Below, piece by piece: positions 18,068 to 27,008 of a DNA stretch of 64,000 nucleotides (positions within the stretch are counted from its first letter, which is position 1; every line of letters starts with the position of its first letter). The notes beneath the pieces were generated by a model, which saw only the letters and a list, made by a program, of their open reading frames with translations, did not search any database and had not been told where the DNA came from. The stretch comes from Anaerolineales bacterium (GTDB lineage: Bacteria; Chloroflexota; Anaerolineae; Anaerolineales; UBA4823), in assembly GCA_016929095.1 (NCBI GenBank), contig JAFGJM010000016.1:32535-96534 (forward strand), in the 5' to 3' direction. Position numbers and translations under genes: made by a program.

Positions 18068-18625
18068 TTATTTTTCTAAATTGTTTTCCTGCATCAACGC
18101 TTCGCCACAGCTGGGGCAAAAACGATCAGATTGTTGGATGGGATTTCCACATTGGGGGCAAAAGCCTCCCGCTTTCTCAATTCGCTCGCGTCGGCGTGCA
18201 GCCAGCAAGATTTCAATGTCATCGTCAGGTGTTGCAAGCAAACGCTTTGTCCCGCGTTCTCTGCGTGCCTTTTTATTGGTTGAGGGGATTTCCCGAGGTT
18301 TATCTGAGGCGCGACCATCGGTTGCAACACCCCAAATGTTATACTCTGCCCGCAAAATGTCCAATTGTTGCATAATCTGCGCCCCTTGCGCCAATAAAAC
18401 ACTCCGATGTATTGGATAATCTTCTTCTGGGATTTTCCCAAGGTGATAATCAAAATCCAACTCCAATAAAGTGTTGATCACACGTTCCTGCTCTGCTAAT
18501 AATGAGGAGATTTTTTTCTCATCAGCAGCCATCCGGTAAGGTCTTTGCCTGGTAAATGGTTGGATGATATACACAATCACCAGCAATAAAATCCCTATAA
18601 GAAAAAAAAGTGAGCCAAGGTCCAT
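18068..18625 (-). CDS. single-pass membrane protein with a SHOCT-like motif and a C-terminal zinc ribbon
   Basis: N-terminal TM helix, LLELDFDYHLGKIPEEDYPIHRSVL, and a C-terminal CPQCGNPIQQSDRFCPSCG. Confidence 0.7.
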   Translation of the reverse strand: MDLGSLFFLIGILLLVIVYIIQPFTRQRPYRMAADEKKISSLLAEQERVINTLLELDFDYHLGKIPEEDYPIHRSVLLAQGAQIMQQLDILRAEYNIWGVATDGRASDKPREIPSTNKKARRERGTKRLLATPDDDIEILLAARRRERIEKAGGFCPQCGNPIQQSDRFCPSCGEALMQENNLEK

Positions 18626-18658
18626 AAAAAATTATTCACATTCTATACATGATATATC

Positions 18659-19228
18659 TCAGGGCGCCAGGTACGTATCAATTACTGATTTAAGTTGCGA
18701 TAGGGATTGAAAAGGGCCGATTTGAACAAACTGCAATACATGATCGCGATCGAAAACATATGTCTCAGGAACACCACTGATGCGGAAATTTTGTGATATA
18801 CGCGTACCTAAATCCAGTCCATTGGGATAAGATATGCCAAATTTCTCAATATAGGCGCGTGCTTCCGGTTCTGTATCTACATAAGCTACACCTAAAAAAA
18901 CCACCTCACCACCCGGCTTGAAGTATTGCCAGGCAGCTTCTAAATCCGCGGCTTCTTGTTCACAAGGCTTGCACCAGGAAGCCCAAAAATTAACCACTAC
19001 CACTTTTCCCGGAAAATCAGTCATCCGGATTTCTTGACCGTCGAAAGTGGTTAGAGTGATATCAGGCGCTTTTTCCCCAATAGTAATCGGCCCTTGTTGA
19101 GTGCGCATTAAACCAAATCCTAGAATGATCAGGAATACCACCAATCCAAGCCAAACAACAAGCCTCCCCCACCGGGGTTTCCCACGACGAGTTGTTTGTT
19201 CTGTTTTTTCATTTGATTGCGAAGCCAT
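18659..19228 (-). CDS. ccmG: thiol:disulfide oxidoreductase CcmG/DsbE/ResA (TlpA family)
   Basis: Signal anchor plus a thioredoxin fold with WASWCKPC. Confidence 0.85.
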   Translation of the reverse strand: MASQSNEKTEQTTRRGKPRWGRLVVWLGLVVFLIILGFGLMRTQQGPITIGEKAPDITLTTFDGQEIRMTDFPGKVVVVNFWASWCKPCEQEAADLEAAWQYFKPGGEVVFLGVAYVDTEPEARAYIEKFGISYPNGLDLGTRISQNFRISGVPETYVFDRDHVLQFVQIGPFQSLSQLKSVIDTYLAP

Positions 19229-19278
19229 TCATTCCTCTCAATATCCGGTAAAGAAAGATCCGCCAGATAACCACTAGT

Positions 19279-19806
19279 TTAACGTTTCTTCAATTCTTCT
19301 TCCAGACGTGATATATATTCTTCCTGCTCGAGGTTTATGGTTGCTTCACTTTGGCTGACCGTTTTTTTTCGGCGAGAAAACAATTGAACCATCCAATAGA
19401 CCCCGGCAAGGATAACCAGGGGCGGGACAAGATAAACCAACCAGTTAAATCCTTTAGCCGGTGGCGTTGCCAGCACTCGATCACCATACAGTTCAACGAA
19501 ATACTGTTTTATCTCTTCGTTACTCCATCCTTCCATCAGTTTATCTCGAATTACGCCGCGCCACTGTTCGCAAGCCTGTGTTCCACACACATCCAGGGGA
19601 ACGTTTTCGCATACCGGGCAATAAAGTTCGCTGGCGATAGCATTGATCTCGTCATCACTGGGTGTAGGCGGAGGAGATTGAGCGCCGGCTTCAAACACAA
19701 AAAAAAGCATGATGGCAATCAGGAAACCACATATGTGAGAAATTTGCCTCATTCGTGAAAACCTGTTTTCTTCTGAGAGAATATGCAATAAATGTTTGAC
19801 AAACAT
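19279..19806 (-). CDS. ccmH: cytochrome c-type biogenesis protein CcmH (NrfF-like)
   Basis: ELYCPVCENVPLDVC (the LRCxxC-type motif), GWSNEEIKQYFVELYGDRVLATPP and a C-terminal TM helix. Confidence 0.85.
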   Translation of the reverse strand: MFVKHLLHILSEENRFSRMRQISHICGFLIAIMLFFVFEAGAQSPPPTPSDDEINAIASELYCPVCENVPLDVCGTQACEQWRGVIRDKLMEGWSNEEIKQYFVELYGDRVLATPPAKGFNWLVYLVPPLVILAGVYWMVQLFSRRKKTVSQSEATINLEQEEYISRLEEELKKR

Positions 19807-19807
19807 A

Positions 19808-21865
19808 TCAGACCTTAGCTGTCGAATATTCGCTATGTTTTACCTGCCGAATTTGGACAATGCCTTCTTTTTCGGGCAATGCCGCCGCCAAAGCACCTAA
19901 CATGAAAATAATAGCGCCAAACCACAACCAGTTTATCAAAGGATTTCGGAATACTTTAAACGTAGCGCTTTCTGCGGATACAGGCTCCCATTCCACCAAT
20001 ATTATGTAAAGGTCATCCTCCCAGGTACTTCTCACGCCGGGAATGGTCATCTGTTGTTGTGATTCGTAATAAAAATCACGCCGCGGGTAGAGTTCTTGAA
20101 CAAAACGACCATCTTTATACACATGAACAACAGCCCGCGCAATATTCCTGCGATCTTCAGTATCAAAAATAGATAACTTTTCGTATTTTAAAACATATCC
20201 ATCCAGGGTAATTTGTTCGCCCTGAGCAATTGTCGCTTGCGTATTCGTTTGGAACAATTCGATGCCAATGATCCCCAGCGCCATGAAAACCACACCCAAA
20301 TGGATGATATAACCGCCATATCGGCGCCTGTTCCGGCCTGCCAATCTCCATAATGCCAGGACGAAATTTTCGCCTTTTGTGCGCTGACGCGCCCGCGCCC
20401 CGCGCCAAAATTCTTCTACGATGACGCCGGTGACTAATGCGCATAACCCAAATCCCAACAGCGCCCAGGGATTTTTGACTCCCTCCACTATCGCCCATCC
20501 AATTCCAATAATCGCAAATATTGCCGGTTTCCAGATTGCCCTTCCCAGGGTTTTATACGTCGAACGTCCCCATGCCGCCAAAGGCGCCACCCCCATAAGC
20601 AGCAACAATCCGGCAAACAATGGTCCACTAGCAGCCTTATAATAAGGCGGACCAACAGTAACTTTCTGACCTGTAAAGACTTCAGAGAGTAAGGGGAAAA
20701 TAACCCCCCAAAAACAGACGACGAGGATGCCCATGAATAATAAGTTATTTAGAAGGAACAAAGCTTCTCGTGAAAAAAGAGACGTCATGTGTGAGTCGGA
20801 TTTAAGATCATTCCAGCGATGCATTAATAACGCAATCGATACCAAGAAGGTTAACGCGATAAAAGCAAAGAATAACGGCCCTATTGCGCTTTGTGCAAAA
20901 GCATGTACCGAAGAAAGAACTCCAGAACGTGTAAGAAATGTAGCGAATATCACCAGGTCATAAGTAAGAATAATGAGCGCCATATTCCATTGCTTCAACA
21001 TGTTGCGTTTTTCCTGGATTATGATGGAATGCAAGAAGGCGGTACCTGATAACCATGGCATGAGGGCAGAAATTTCAACGGCATCCCAACCCCAATAACC
21101 ACCCCACCCCAACACATCATATGCCCAGCGGCTGCCGAGTACCAGCCCCAGGGAAAGGAACAACCAGGCAACCAGTGTCCAGCGCCGGGTGATGCGTATC
21201 CAGCGATCATCCGTTCGCCCGGTGATGAGAGCAGCTAAAGCAAAAGCAAAAGGAATAACAAACGATACAAATCCCAGGTATAACATCGGTGGATGGAAGA
21301 TCATCCCGAAATGCCGTAGTAATGGATTCAACCCGTTTCCATCCGACTGCATATAAAGCATTGCCCCCGAAGGAGGTAACATTGATTTTACGATCAATCC
21401 ACCCGACATTTGCCATAAACGAGCAAACGGATTTTCCAGGAAAATATTCAAACAGAGAAAGAAAGTTAAAGTGACCAAAACGATAATAATCACCCAGGGT
21501 AAAAATTCACGATCGCGATCCCATCTCCGCAGCGTGACCGCCGAGGCAAACAGAGACATTAGCCAGGACCAAAAAACCAATGAGCCGGCTTGCCCTCCCC
21601 ATAAAGCGGTAATTTTCAAATAAAGCGGCATGCTGTTGCTCGTTACAGACGCTACATAATCCAATTCATAATTACCGTCTATCAGCAAAATGACAATGGC
21701 AACCACAGATAAAGTGATCAAAGGCGCGGTAAGCAACATGGCATTGCGGGCGCTATTCACCCAAACGTTTTTTTCCCGAATTACACCATAGAGAGCCGCG
21801 CCAATACCATATATACATACCATTAAGGCGATGATCAATGCACCATAACCCAAATTTGCCAGCAT
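19808..21865 (-). CDS. ccmF: cytochrome c haem lyase subunit CcmF
   Basis: 685 aa, polytopic, with the WGGYWGWDAVE Trp-rich motif. Confidence 0.9.
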   Translation of the reverse strand: MLANLGYGALIIALMVCIYGIGAALYGVIREKNVWVNSARNAMLLTAPLITLSVVAIVILLIDGNYELDYVASVTSNSMPLYLKITALWGGQAGSLVFWSWLMSLFASAVTLRRWDRDREFLPWVIIIVLVTLTFFLCLNIFLENPFARLWQMSGGLIVKSMLPPSGAMLYMQSDGNGLNPLLRHFGMIFHPPMLYLGFVSFVIPFAFALAALITGRTDDRWIRITRRWTLVAWLFLSLGLVLGSRWAYDVLGWGGYWGWDAVEISALMPWLSGTAFLHSIIIQEKRNMLKQWNMALIILTYDLVIFATFLTRSGVLSSVHAFAQSAIGPLFFAFIALTFLVSIALLMHRWNDLKSDSHMTSLFSREALFLLNNLLFMGILVVCFWGVIFPLLSEVFTGQKVTVGPPYYKAASGPLFAGLLLLMGVAPLAAWGRSTYKTLGRAIWKPAIFAIIGIGWAIVEGVKNPWALLGFGLCALVTGVIVEEFWRGARARQRTKGENFVLALWRLAGRNRRRYGGYIIHLGVVFMALGIIGIELFQTNTQATIAQGEQITLDGYVLKYEKLSIFDTEDRRNIARAVVHVYKDGRFVQELYPRRDFYYESQQQMTIPGVRSTWEDDLYIILVEWEPVSAESATFKVFRNPLINWLWFGAIIFMLGALAAALPEKEGIVQIRQVKHSEYSTAKV

Positions 21866-21882
21866 ATATGTTTCCTTATCAA

Positions 21883-22401
21883 TCAGCTTTCCGCTTGTTC
21901 CGGAAGAGCTTCTTCATATTTACTTGGACATTTAAGCAATAATTCATCTGCGTAAAAAATACCGTCATCTCCCAAACGCCCACTCATAATTGCTTGCGCT
22001 TCATTTCTTAACAAATCGGGCTTCACACCTGAATAGACAACGTGCAAGGTATTCAGGTCGGGGTTTTCAACCGCCGCGTGTAGAACCGCGGCTAAACCGC
22101 CTTGCGCTTCGATCTCGTTGTTATCCCCCGGTACATGTGCAATATCAAATTCTAAAACAAATGTCTCAGTATCATAATGTATTGTATCCCCTAAGACAGC
22201 GCCAGAAATGCGAATATCCCGGTTGATGAGACTTGTACTTTTAGCAGATAATTCATCCACAGTAAGGAAATATTGCGCGCCAGCTTTTGTGGAAGTGACA
22301 ATCAAGTAAATCATCGCTGCCACAATCAACACTCCGGCAATGATAAATTTCAATCGGTTTCCCGGATTGGATTGATCCTTTATTGAAATTGATTCTTCCA
22401 T
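21883..22401 (-). CDS. ccmE: haem chaperone CcmE, Cys-type (CxxxY) variant
   Basis: Start moved to the internal ATG (MEESISIK...) behind AAGGAAG. TM anchor plus OB fold. The C-terminal LLLKCPSKYEE aligns with E. coli VLAKHDENYTP. Confidence 0.85.
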   Translation of the reverse strand: MEESISIKDQSNPGNRLKFIIAGVLIVAAMIYLIVTSTKAGAQYFLTVDELSAKSTSLINRDIRISGAVLGDTIHYDTETFVLEFDIAHVPGDNNEIEAQGGLAAVLHAAVENPDLNTLHVVYSGVKPDLLRNEAQAIMSGRLGDDGIFYADELLLKCPSKYEEALPEQAES

Positions 22402-22474
22402 GTAACTTCCTTTACTAATCCACCAATAATACCATAGCAAGTATTTTGATTATTTTTATTATCATCTTACGATT

Positions 22475-22690
22475 CGCGATGCCGGACAAAGAATGTCCGA
22501 ATTTTCTACAGCCGAGAATAATTTCCTGCTTTCCTGTCTGCCTGTCCTCCGGACAGCCCCCGCCCCCACCTGCCTCCCCCAAAAATCTATGTTTTTTTGG
22601 TGTGTGAGGAGGGGGTGGTGAAAGAGGGGCGCTCCTGGCTTCCTTTTATTCCTGGTTTCCTCACGAATCTTTTATTTTCATACTAGAATT
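22475..22690 (+). repeat. dispersed intergenic repeat family 2, copy A
   Basis: GATGCCGGACAAAGAATGTCCGAATTTTCT...TTCCTGCTTTCCTG...CCTGTCCTCCGGACAG...CTCCTGGCTTCCTTTTATTCCTGGTTTCCTCA. Copies at 31298-31448, 47226-47384 and 55728-55840 can be aligned to it by eye. Confidence 0.8.
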
Positions 22691-22692
22691 AT

Positions 22693-23406
22693 CTAATTTC
22701 TCCAATTATGATGAATATCTATTATACCCGTTCGAATGGCAAATTTAACCAATTCAGTACTGGAATGTAAATTGATTTTCTGCATGATACGTTCCCGGTG
22801 CCGGGCAACCGTCTTGGGACTGATATCCAGCTTCTTCCCAATTTGCGGGTTGGTGAGTCCCTCCGCTACCAACTCTAACACTTGAATTTCTCTCCGGCTT
22901 AATGCTTTTAGTTTATCCTCATCGATCGCTTCATCTTCAGCGTAATCGCTGCTGGAAGATTCCGTTAACAGCCGGCGATAATCATCCAACAGCCAACGCG
23001 CCAGAATGGGTTGCAAATAAACATTTCCCGTAGCAACCGTCCGAATGGCAGACACCAATTCTTCTGCCGCAGCTTGCTTGGTGAGGTAACCCGTTGCCCC
23101 AGCGGCCACCATTTCGAACAAATACCGTTTGTCTTCATGAACGGTGAGCGCTAAGACATGGCAATTGGGCATGAGTGATTTCAACTTACGGGTCGCTTCT
23201 AAACCGTCCATATCGGGCATGGTGATATCCATCACGATCACATCGGGTTTTAATTCCGAAGCCTGTTGCATGGCTTCCCTTCCGCTGCTTGCCTCACCCA
23301 CTACTAAAAGACCATCCTGAGTATCTAAATAGGCTTTCAAACCTGTTCTAACAACATCGTGATCGTCGACCAGCAATAACCTAATTGTGTTCATCTTCTG
23401 TTTCAC
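22693..23406 (-). CDS. NarL/FixJ-family response regulator (REC plus LuxR-type HTH)
   Basis: LLLVDDHDVVR, DVIVMDITMPDMDG, and a C-terminal HTH (LSRREIQVLELVAEGLTNPQIGKKLDISPKTV). Confidence 0.9.
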   Translation of the reverse strand: MKQKMNTIRLLLVDDHDVVRTGLKAYLDTQDGLLVVGEASSGREAMQQASELKPDVIVMDITMPDMDGLEATRKLKSLMPNCHVLALTVHEDKRYLFEMVAAGATGYLTKQAAAEELVSAIRTVATGNVYLQPILARWLLDDYRRLLTESSSSDYAEDEAIDEDKLKALSRREIQVLELVAEGLTNPQIGKKLDISPKTVARHRERIMQKINLHSSTELVKFAIRTGIIDIHHNWRN

Positions 23407-24913
23407 TCCTTTTTCCCGGAGTTTTGGCGTTTATCAACGGAATGGTTACCTCGATGAGCGTTCCCTCTCCGGTGGCAGAAAATACCTGGAAAACGCCTCC
23501 TACCGATTCTGCCCGTTCACGCATCCCCACCAATCCCCATCCTCTTTTGCCATATTGTTTATCCCCAGGATCGAAGCCCACTCCCTGGTCGTGAACGCGC
23601 AACATCACCCGCTCGGAATTCACGCGCAATTGAAGTGTGGCGCGTTGGGTTTGGGCATGTTTCGCAACATTGGTCAACGCTTCTTGTGCAATTCGAAAAA
23701 TAACCGTTTCAATGACCGGATCGAGCCGCGGGGATTGTCCATTGATTTCACAACGCACATTCAATCCTGCCTCGAGTTTCTCATCAGTCAGAGTTTGCAA
23801 AGCAGCCGCCAATCCTAAATCATCCAATTGTGCCGGACGCAAATCATTCACCATACGATGAATGCCTTGTGACATGGCTTTACTTAGATTTTGCAAGTTT
23901 TCAAGCAAGCCGGTTACTTTTTCCTGCCCGGTTAAGCTGTTTTGTATGGTTGCCAGGTTCAAGCTAAACGCCGTGAGAAATTGAGCCGTCTCATCATGTA
24001 ATTCCCGGGCAATCCGCGCCCGCTCATCTTCTTGGGCAAGAACAATATGGCGCAATAACTCCTGGCGCATCGTCTCCCTTTCAACCAGTTCATTTTCGAT
24101 GCGCAGCATCGCTTCGACGCGCGCCTGTTGAGCAGAATCGAATTGGCGTAAACGCTCATCTTCCACAAGCTGGCTAACCCGGATCAAGCTTATTGTCATT
24201 ACCAATGCCAATAAACAACGCCCCATCTCAATGTAAAATCCGGAGAAATCGAATAATTCCCGTTGATATAAATCATTCGTCAGATAATATTGATTTGAGA
24301 ATACAAATACCTGGCTTACACCGAATAAAACAAAACAGATCGCGACAATTTGTAAAAAAAATCGCAACGGTTGGTTAGTTATAGCCACACTACCTTGAGA
24401 TACCTTCCATAAGGCAAGGGCAGCCAGCCACGCGCCCGGTATTGCCAAACCAAAACGTATACACTGGTGTAATAATAGGATCCGCTTGTCTACGGAAAGA
24501 TTTAGCTCGATCACAATCAAGGCAACCAATACCATATAAAACAGCAACAACCCTGCTGATATGTATCGTTCGTGTGGATGAGGTTTTGGATCGATGGGGT
24601 GCATGGCGCGTATGCTAAAAAGCAACAGGCATGAAAATGATATTAAAAGCAAAATAAAGTGAACCCCAAAAATCCAATCAGCGAAGGAATAGCCTTCTCT
24701 GCCCGCGATAAGGATTCCGGCTTCGACCCAGCTTACTATGCCATTGATAAAGAAAAATACAGAAAACGGATGCAGTGTCCGCGGACCGGCTAATAATGGC
24801 ACGCGGCGGGTCTCTAAAACCATCGCCAGTCCCATGCTAAAAAACGCCAGCCCATAAATAAAATGGAGTAAGACGAATGTTGCCGGCAAATCACTCCCAT
24901 TCATGGCATTCAT
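23381..24913 (-). CDS. sensor histidine kinase (HisKA_3/HATPase_c) with a 6-7 TM N-terminal sensor region
   Basis: H-box ERARIARELHDETAQ and a C-terminal ATPase domain. Overlaps the RR gene by 14-26 nt. Confidence 0.9.
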   Translation of the reverse strand: MNAMNGSDLPATFVLLHFIYGLAFFSMGLAMVLETRRVPLLAGPRTLHPFSVFFFINGIVSWVEAGILIAGREGYSFADWIFGVHFILLLISFSCLLLFSIRAMHPIDPKPHPHERYISAGLLLFYMVLVALIVIELNLSVDKRILLLHQCIRFGLAIPGAWLAALALWKVSQGSVAITNQPLRFFLQIVAICFVLFGVSQVFVFSNQYYLTNDLYQRELFDFSGFYIEMGRCLLALVMTISLIRVSQLVEDERLRQFDSAQQARVEAMLRIENELVERETMRQELLRHIVLAQEDERARIARELHDETAQFLTAFSLNLATIQNSLTGQEKVTGLLENLQNLSKAMSQGIHRMVNDLRPAQLDDLGLAAALQTLTDEKLEAGLNVRCEINGQSPRLDPVIETVIFRIAQEALTNVAKHAQTQRATLQLRVNSERVMLRVHDQGVGFDPGDKQYGKRGWGLVGMRERAESVGGVFQVFSATGEGTLIEVTIPLINAKTPGKRSETEDEHN

Positions 24914-25070
24914 TATCCGTCAATTGTACGACAATTGGGTCGAAAACCCCAATTAAATTTATGGAATTTTTGTAGAGGCACGGGAAAAGGGAACCCGGTA
25001 TTTACCCCGATTTCGTGTTCTCCAACGCGGCTATCTTATGCACACACCCCCAATCCCGCCTCTTGAAATT

Positions 25071-25132
25071 ATCCCTGATCATCTTCCCCCCATTTCAAAA
25101 AGCAGAAATAGGGAGATTAAAGGGGGGTGCCT
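25071..25132 (-). repeat. partial copy (hairpin module) of repeat family 2
   Basis: CATCTTCCCCCCATTTC-AAAAAGCA-GAAATAGGGAG...GGGGGG parallels 47268-47320 (CATCTTCCCCCATTTTC-TGC-GAAAATGGGGGG). Confidence 0.5.
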
Positions 25133-25143
25133 TTATTTAATAG

Positions 25144-26112
25144 TTATTCAACTCGTAATTTCGTACCGCATACCCGACAAAAGCGGTCGTTAGGTAAGGC
25201 GCGTTTCCCGCAATTTTGGCAATATATATAACCTTCTTCATGAGCAGCAACGGTATCCGGCGCTACTCGTCGCGCCTTCTTGCGGGAGCGGGGAATATTA
25301 ATACCAAATTTACCTTTCCCCGATTGCCAGTACCACAACGTACCACCTAAAATCAAAATGATACCCAAAGTCCCCAATATCCAGGGCAATACTGACATAA
25401 GATTATTTTGAGGGGAAACAAGCGTGGTTATTGGCGCGCTGGGTTTGATTTCCAGGTTTCCTGCGCTTAAATCATCGCTCGATTTTTCATATTCCAGGGT
25501 TAGTGTAAATGTCTGCCCGGCAGTCAATGCCCCAACCTGAGACGTGTAATATACTAGTCCATCCTGGCTGGTCACACCATCACCCAGGGAGGGCTTGATC
25601 AACATATTGCTTGCGCCAACCGGCTGTTGCACTTGAATGGATAATTCATCCACGTCGTAATCGCCCTGCCAGTAAAACTCAAAACGCCGATGTGTATTCT
25701 CTTTTTCTAATTTTGGATTGTAATATTCCAATTGAATTTCCGGCATCGTAACGGTAAATGATACGATACTCCATTCGCCGCTGACTTGGCGAGTGAAAGC
25801 GATATTGAATAATCCCCCATCGGCTTCTTTAACCGCCAATGCACTGGGTTCACCTGCCTCGGACGGGATAATTATCGATAGATCGACCGGTAAAATGATA
25901 TCGGGGGACAGTGTAATTCGATAAATTACCAGTACACCCGGTCGGTCATATTCCGGCCAAATATCCACCTCAACGGCGCTAAAGCCCACCCCATCCTGTG
26001 CGTGACCCGTAGGAGATATGACGATAAGGCTGAAGAAAACCAGAATTATGAGAATTCGTATAACAATATTACGGTTCATAAAAGGAAGTAAGTAAACCAG
26101 ATTTCTTTGCAT
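25144..26112 (-). CDS. signal-peptide ectodomain protein with a C-terminal TM helix and a cytoplasmic zinc ribbon
   Basis: Signal peptide, about 230-aa beta-rich ectodomain, TM helix ending LWYWQSGKGK, and YCQNCGKRALPNDRFCRVCG. Confidence 0.7.
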   Translation of the reverse strand: MQRNLVYLLPFMNRNIVIRILIILVFFSLIVISPTGHAQDGVGFSAVEVDIWPEYDRPGVLVIYRITLSPDIILPVDLSIIIPSEAGEPSALAVKEADGGLFNIAFTRQVSGEWSIVSFTVTMPEIQLEYYNPKLEKENTHRRFEFYWQGDYDVDELSIQVQQPVGASNMLIKPSLGDGVTSQDGLVYYTSQVGALTAGQTFTLTLEYEKSSDDLSAGNLEIKPSAPITTLVSPQNNLMSVLPWILGTLGIILILGGTLWYWQSGKGKFGINIPRSRKKARRVAPDTVAAHEEGYIYCQNCGKRALPNDRFCRVCGTKLRVE

Positions 26113-26210
26113 TTTCCAAGGATTTCCCCTTCACCCTTATTGGCTTACAAGGGGAAAAGAAAAGCCAGGTTCAATCTTACCATGTCTGCTGGAGGAGAGG
26201 AAGGCGTTTA

Positions 26211-27008
26211 TCAACCAATCGCGTTTCGTAAAACACGGGTCATATCGTTAAACTCACGTGTATAGCGAATTTCATCGTTCCGAGGACGATGTAGATCCAC
26301 TGAAAAATCCAACCGCACAGACCCCGGTCGGGGAGTGAGGACCAATACGCGGTCTGCTAAAAATAACGCTTCTGAAATTGAATGGGTCACCATTACCACG
26401 GTTTTTCGGCGCACCTGCCATATACGTAATAATTCTGTCCCCATGCGCTCTCTGGTCAATGCATCCAGGGCGCCAAACGGTTCGTCGAGTAGAAGAAGAT
26501 GCGGGTCATGTACCAGGGCTCTGCCAATGGCTACTCTTTGCGCCATACCACCGGAAAGATCACGCGGCAATGTATCTTCAAAGCCACATAAACCGACCAA
26601 TTTCACCATTTCCCGCGCCAGGCGATCGGCTTCTAAAGCGGGTATATTTTCTAATTCAAGGGGAAGCAGGATATTTTGTAATACTGTCCGCCATGGCATC
26701 AGGTTTGCTTTTTGAAACACAAACCCGATATCTCGTCTTGGCCCGCATATATCCGCCCCCTGATAGATTACTTTTCCATCCGTAGGGTTTAGCAACCCTG
26801 CCAGAATGCGTAGCAGGGTGCTCTTTCCGCTGCCAGAAGGTCCTAACACGCAGATGAATTCCTGAGGAGATACCGAAAACGAGACTTTATCCAATGCCTG
26901 CAATCCGCCGTTTCCGTTTGGGAACACGGCGGATAATTCTTTTATTTGCAGCACGGATTCTTCGGATTTCTGTTCCACTTTATTCACAATATCAGGGTAA
27001 AAATTCAT
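26211..27008 (-). CDS. ABC transporter ATP-binding protein (NitT/TauT family), third gene of the FMN-riboswitch operon
   Basis: Walker A GPSGSGKST, signature LSGGMAQR, Walker B LLLDEP. Confidence 0.9.
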   Translation of the reverse strand: MNFYPDIVNKVEQKSEESVLQIKELSAVFPNGNGGLQALDKVSFSVSPQEFICVLGPSGSGKSTLLRILAGLLNPTDGKVIYQGADICGPRRDIGFVFQKANLMPWRTVLQNILLPLELENIPALEADRLAREMVKLVGLCGFEDTLPRDLSGGMAQRVAIGRALVHDPHLLLLDEPFGALDALTRERMGTELLRIWQVRRKTVVMVTHSISEALFLADRVLVLTPRPGSVRLDFSVDLHRPRNDEIRYTREFNDMTRVLRNAIG

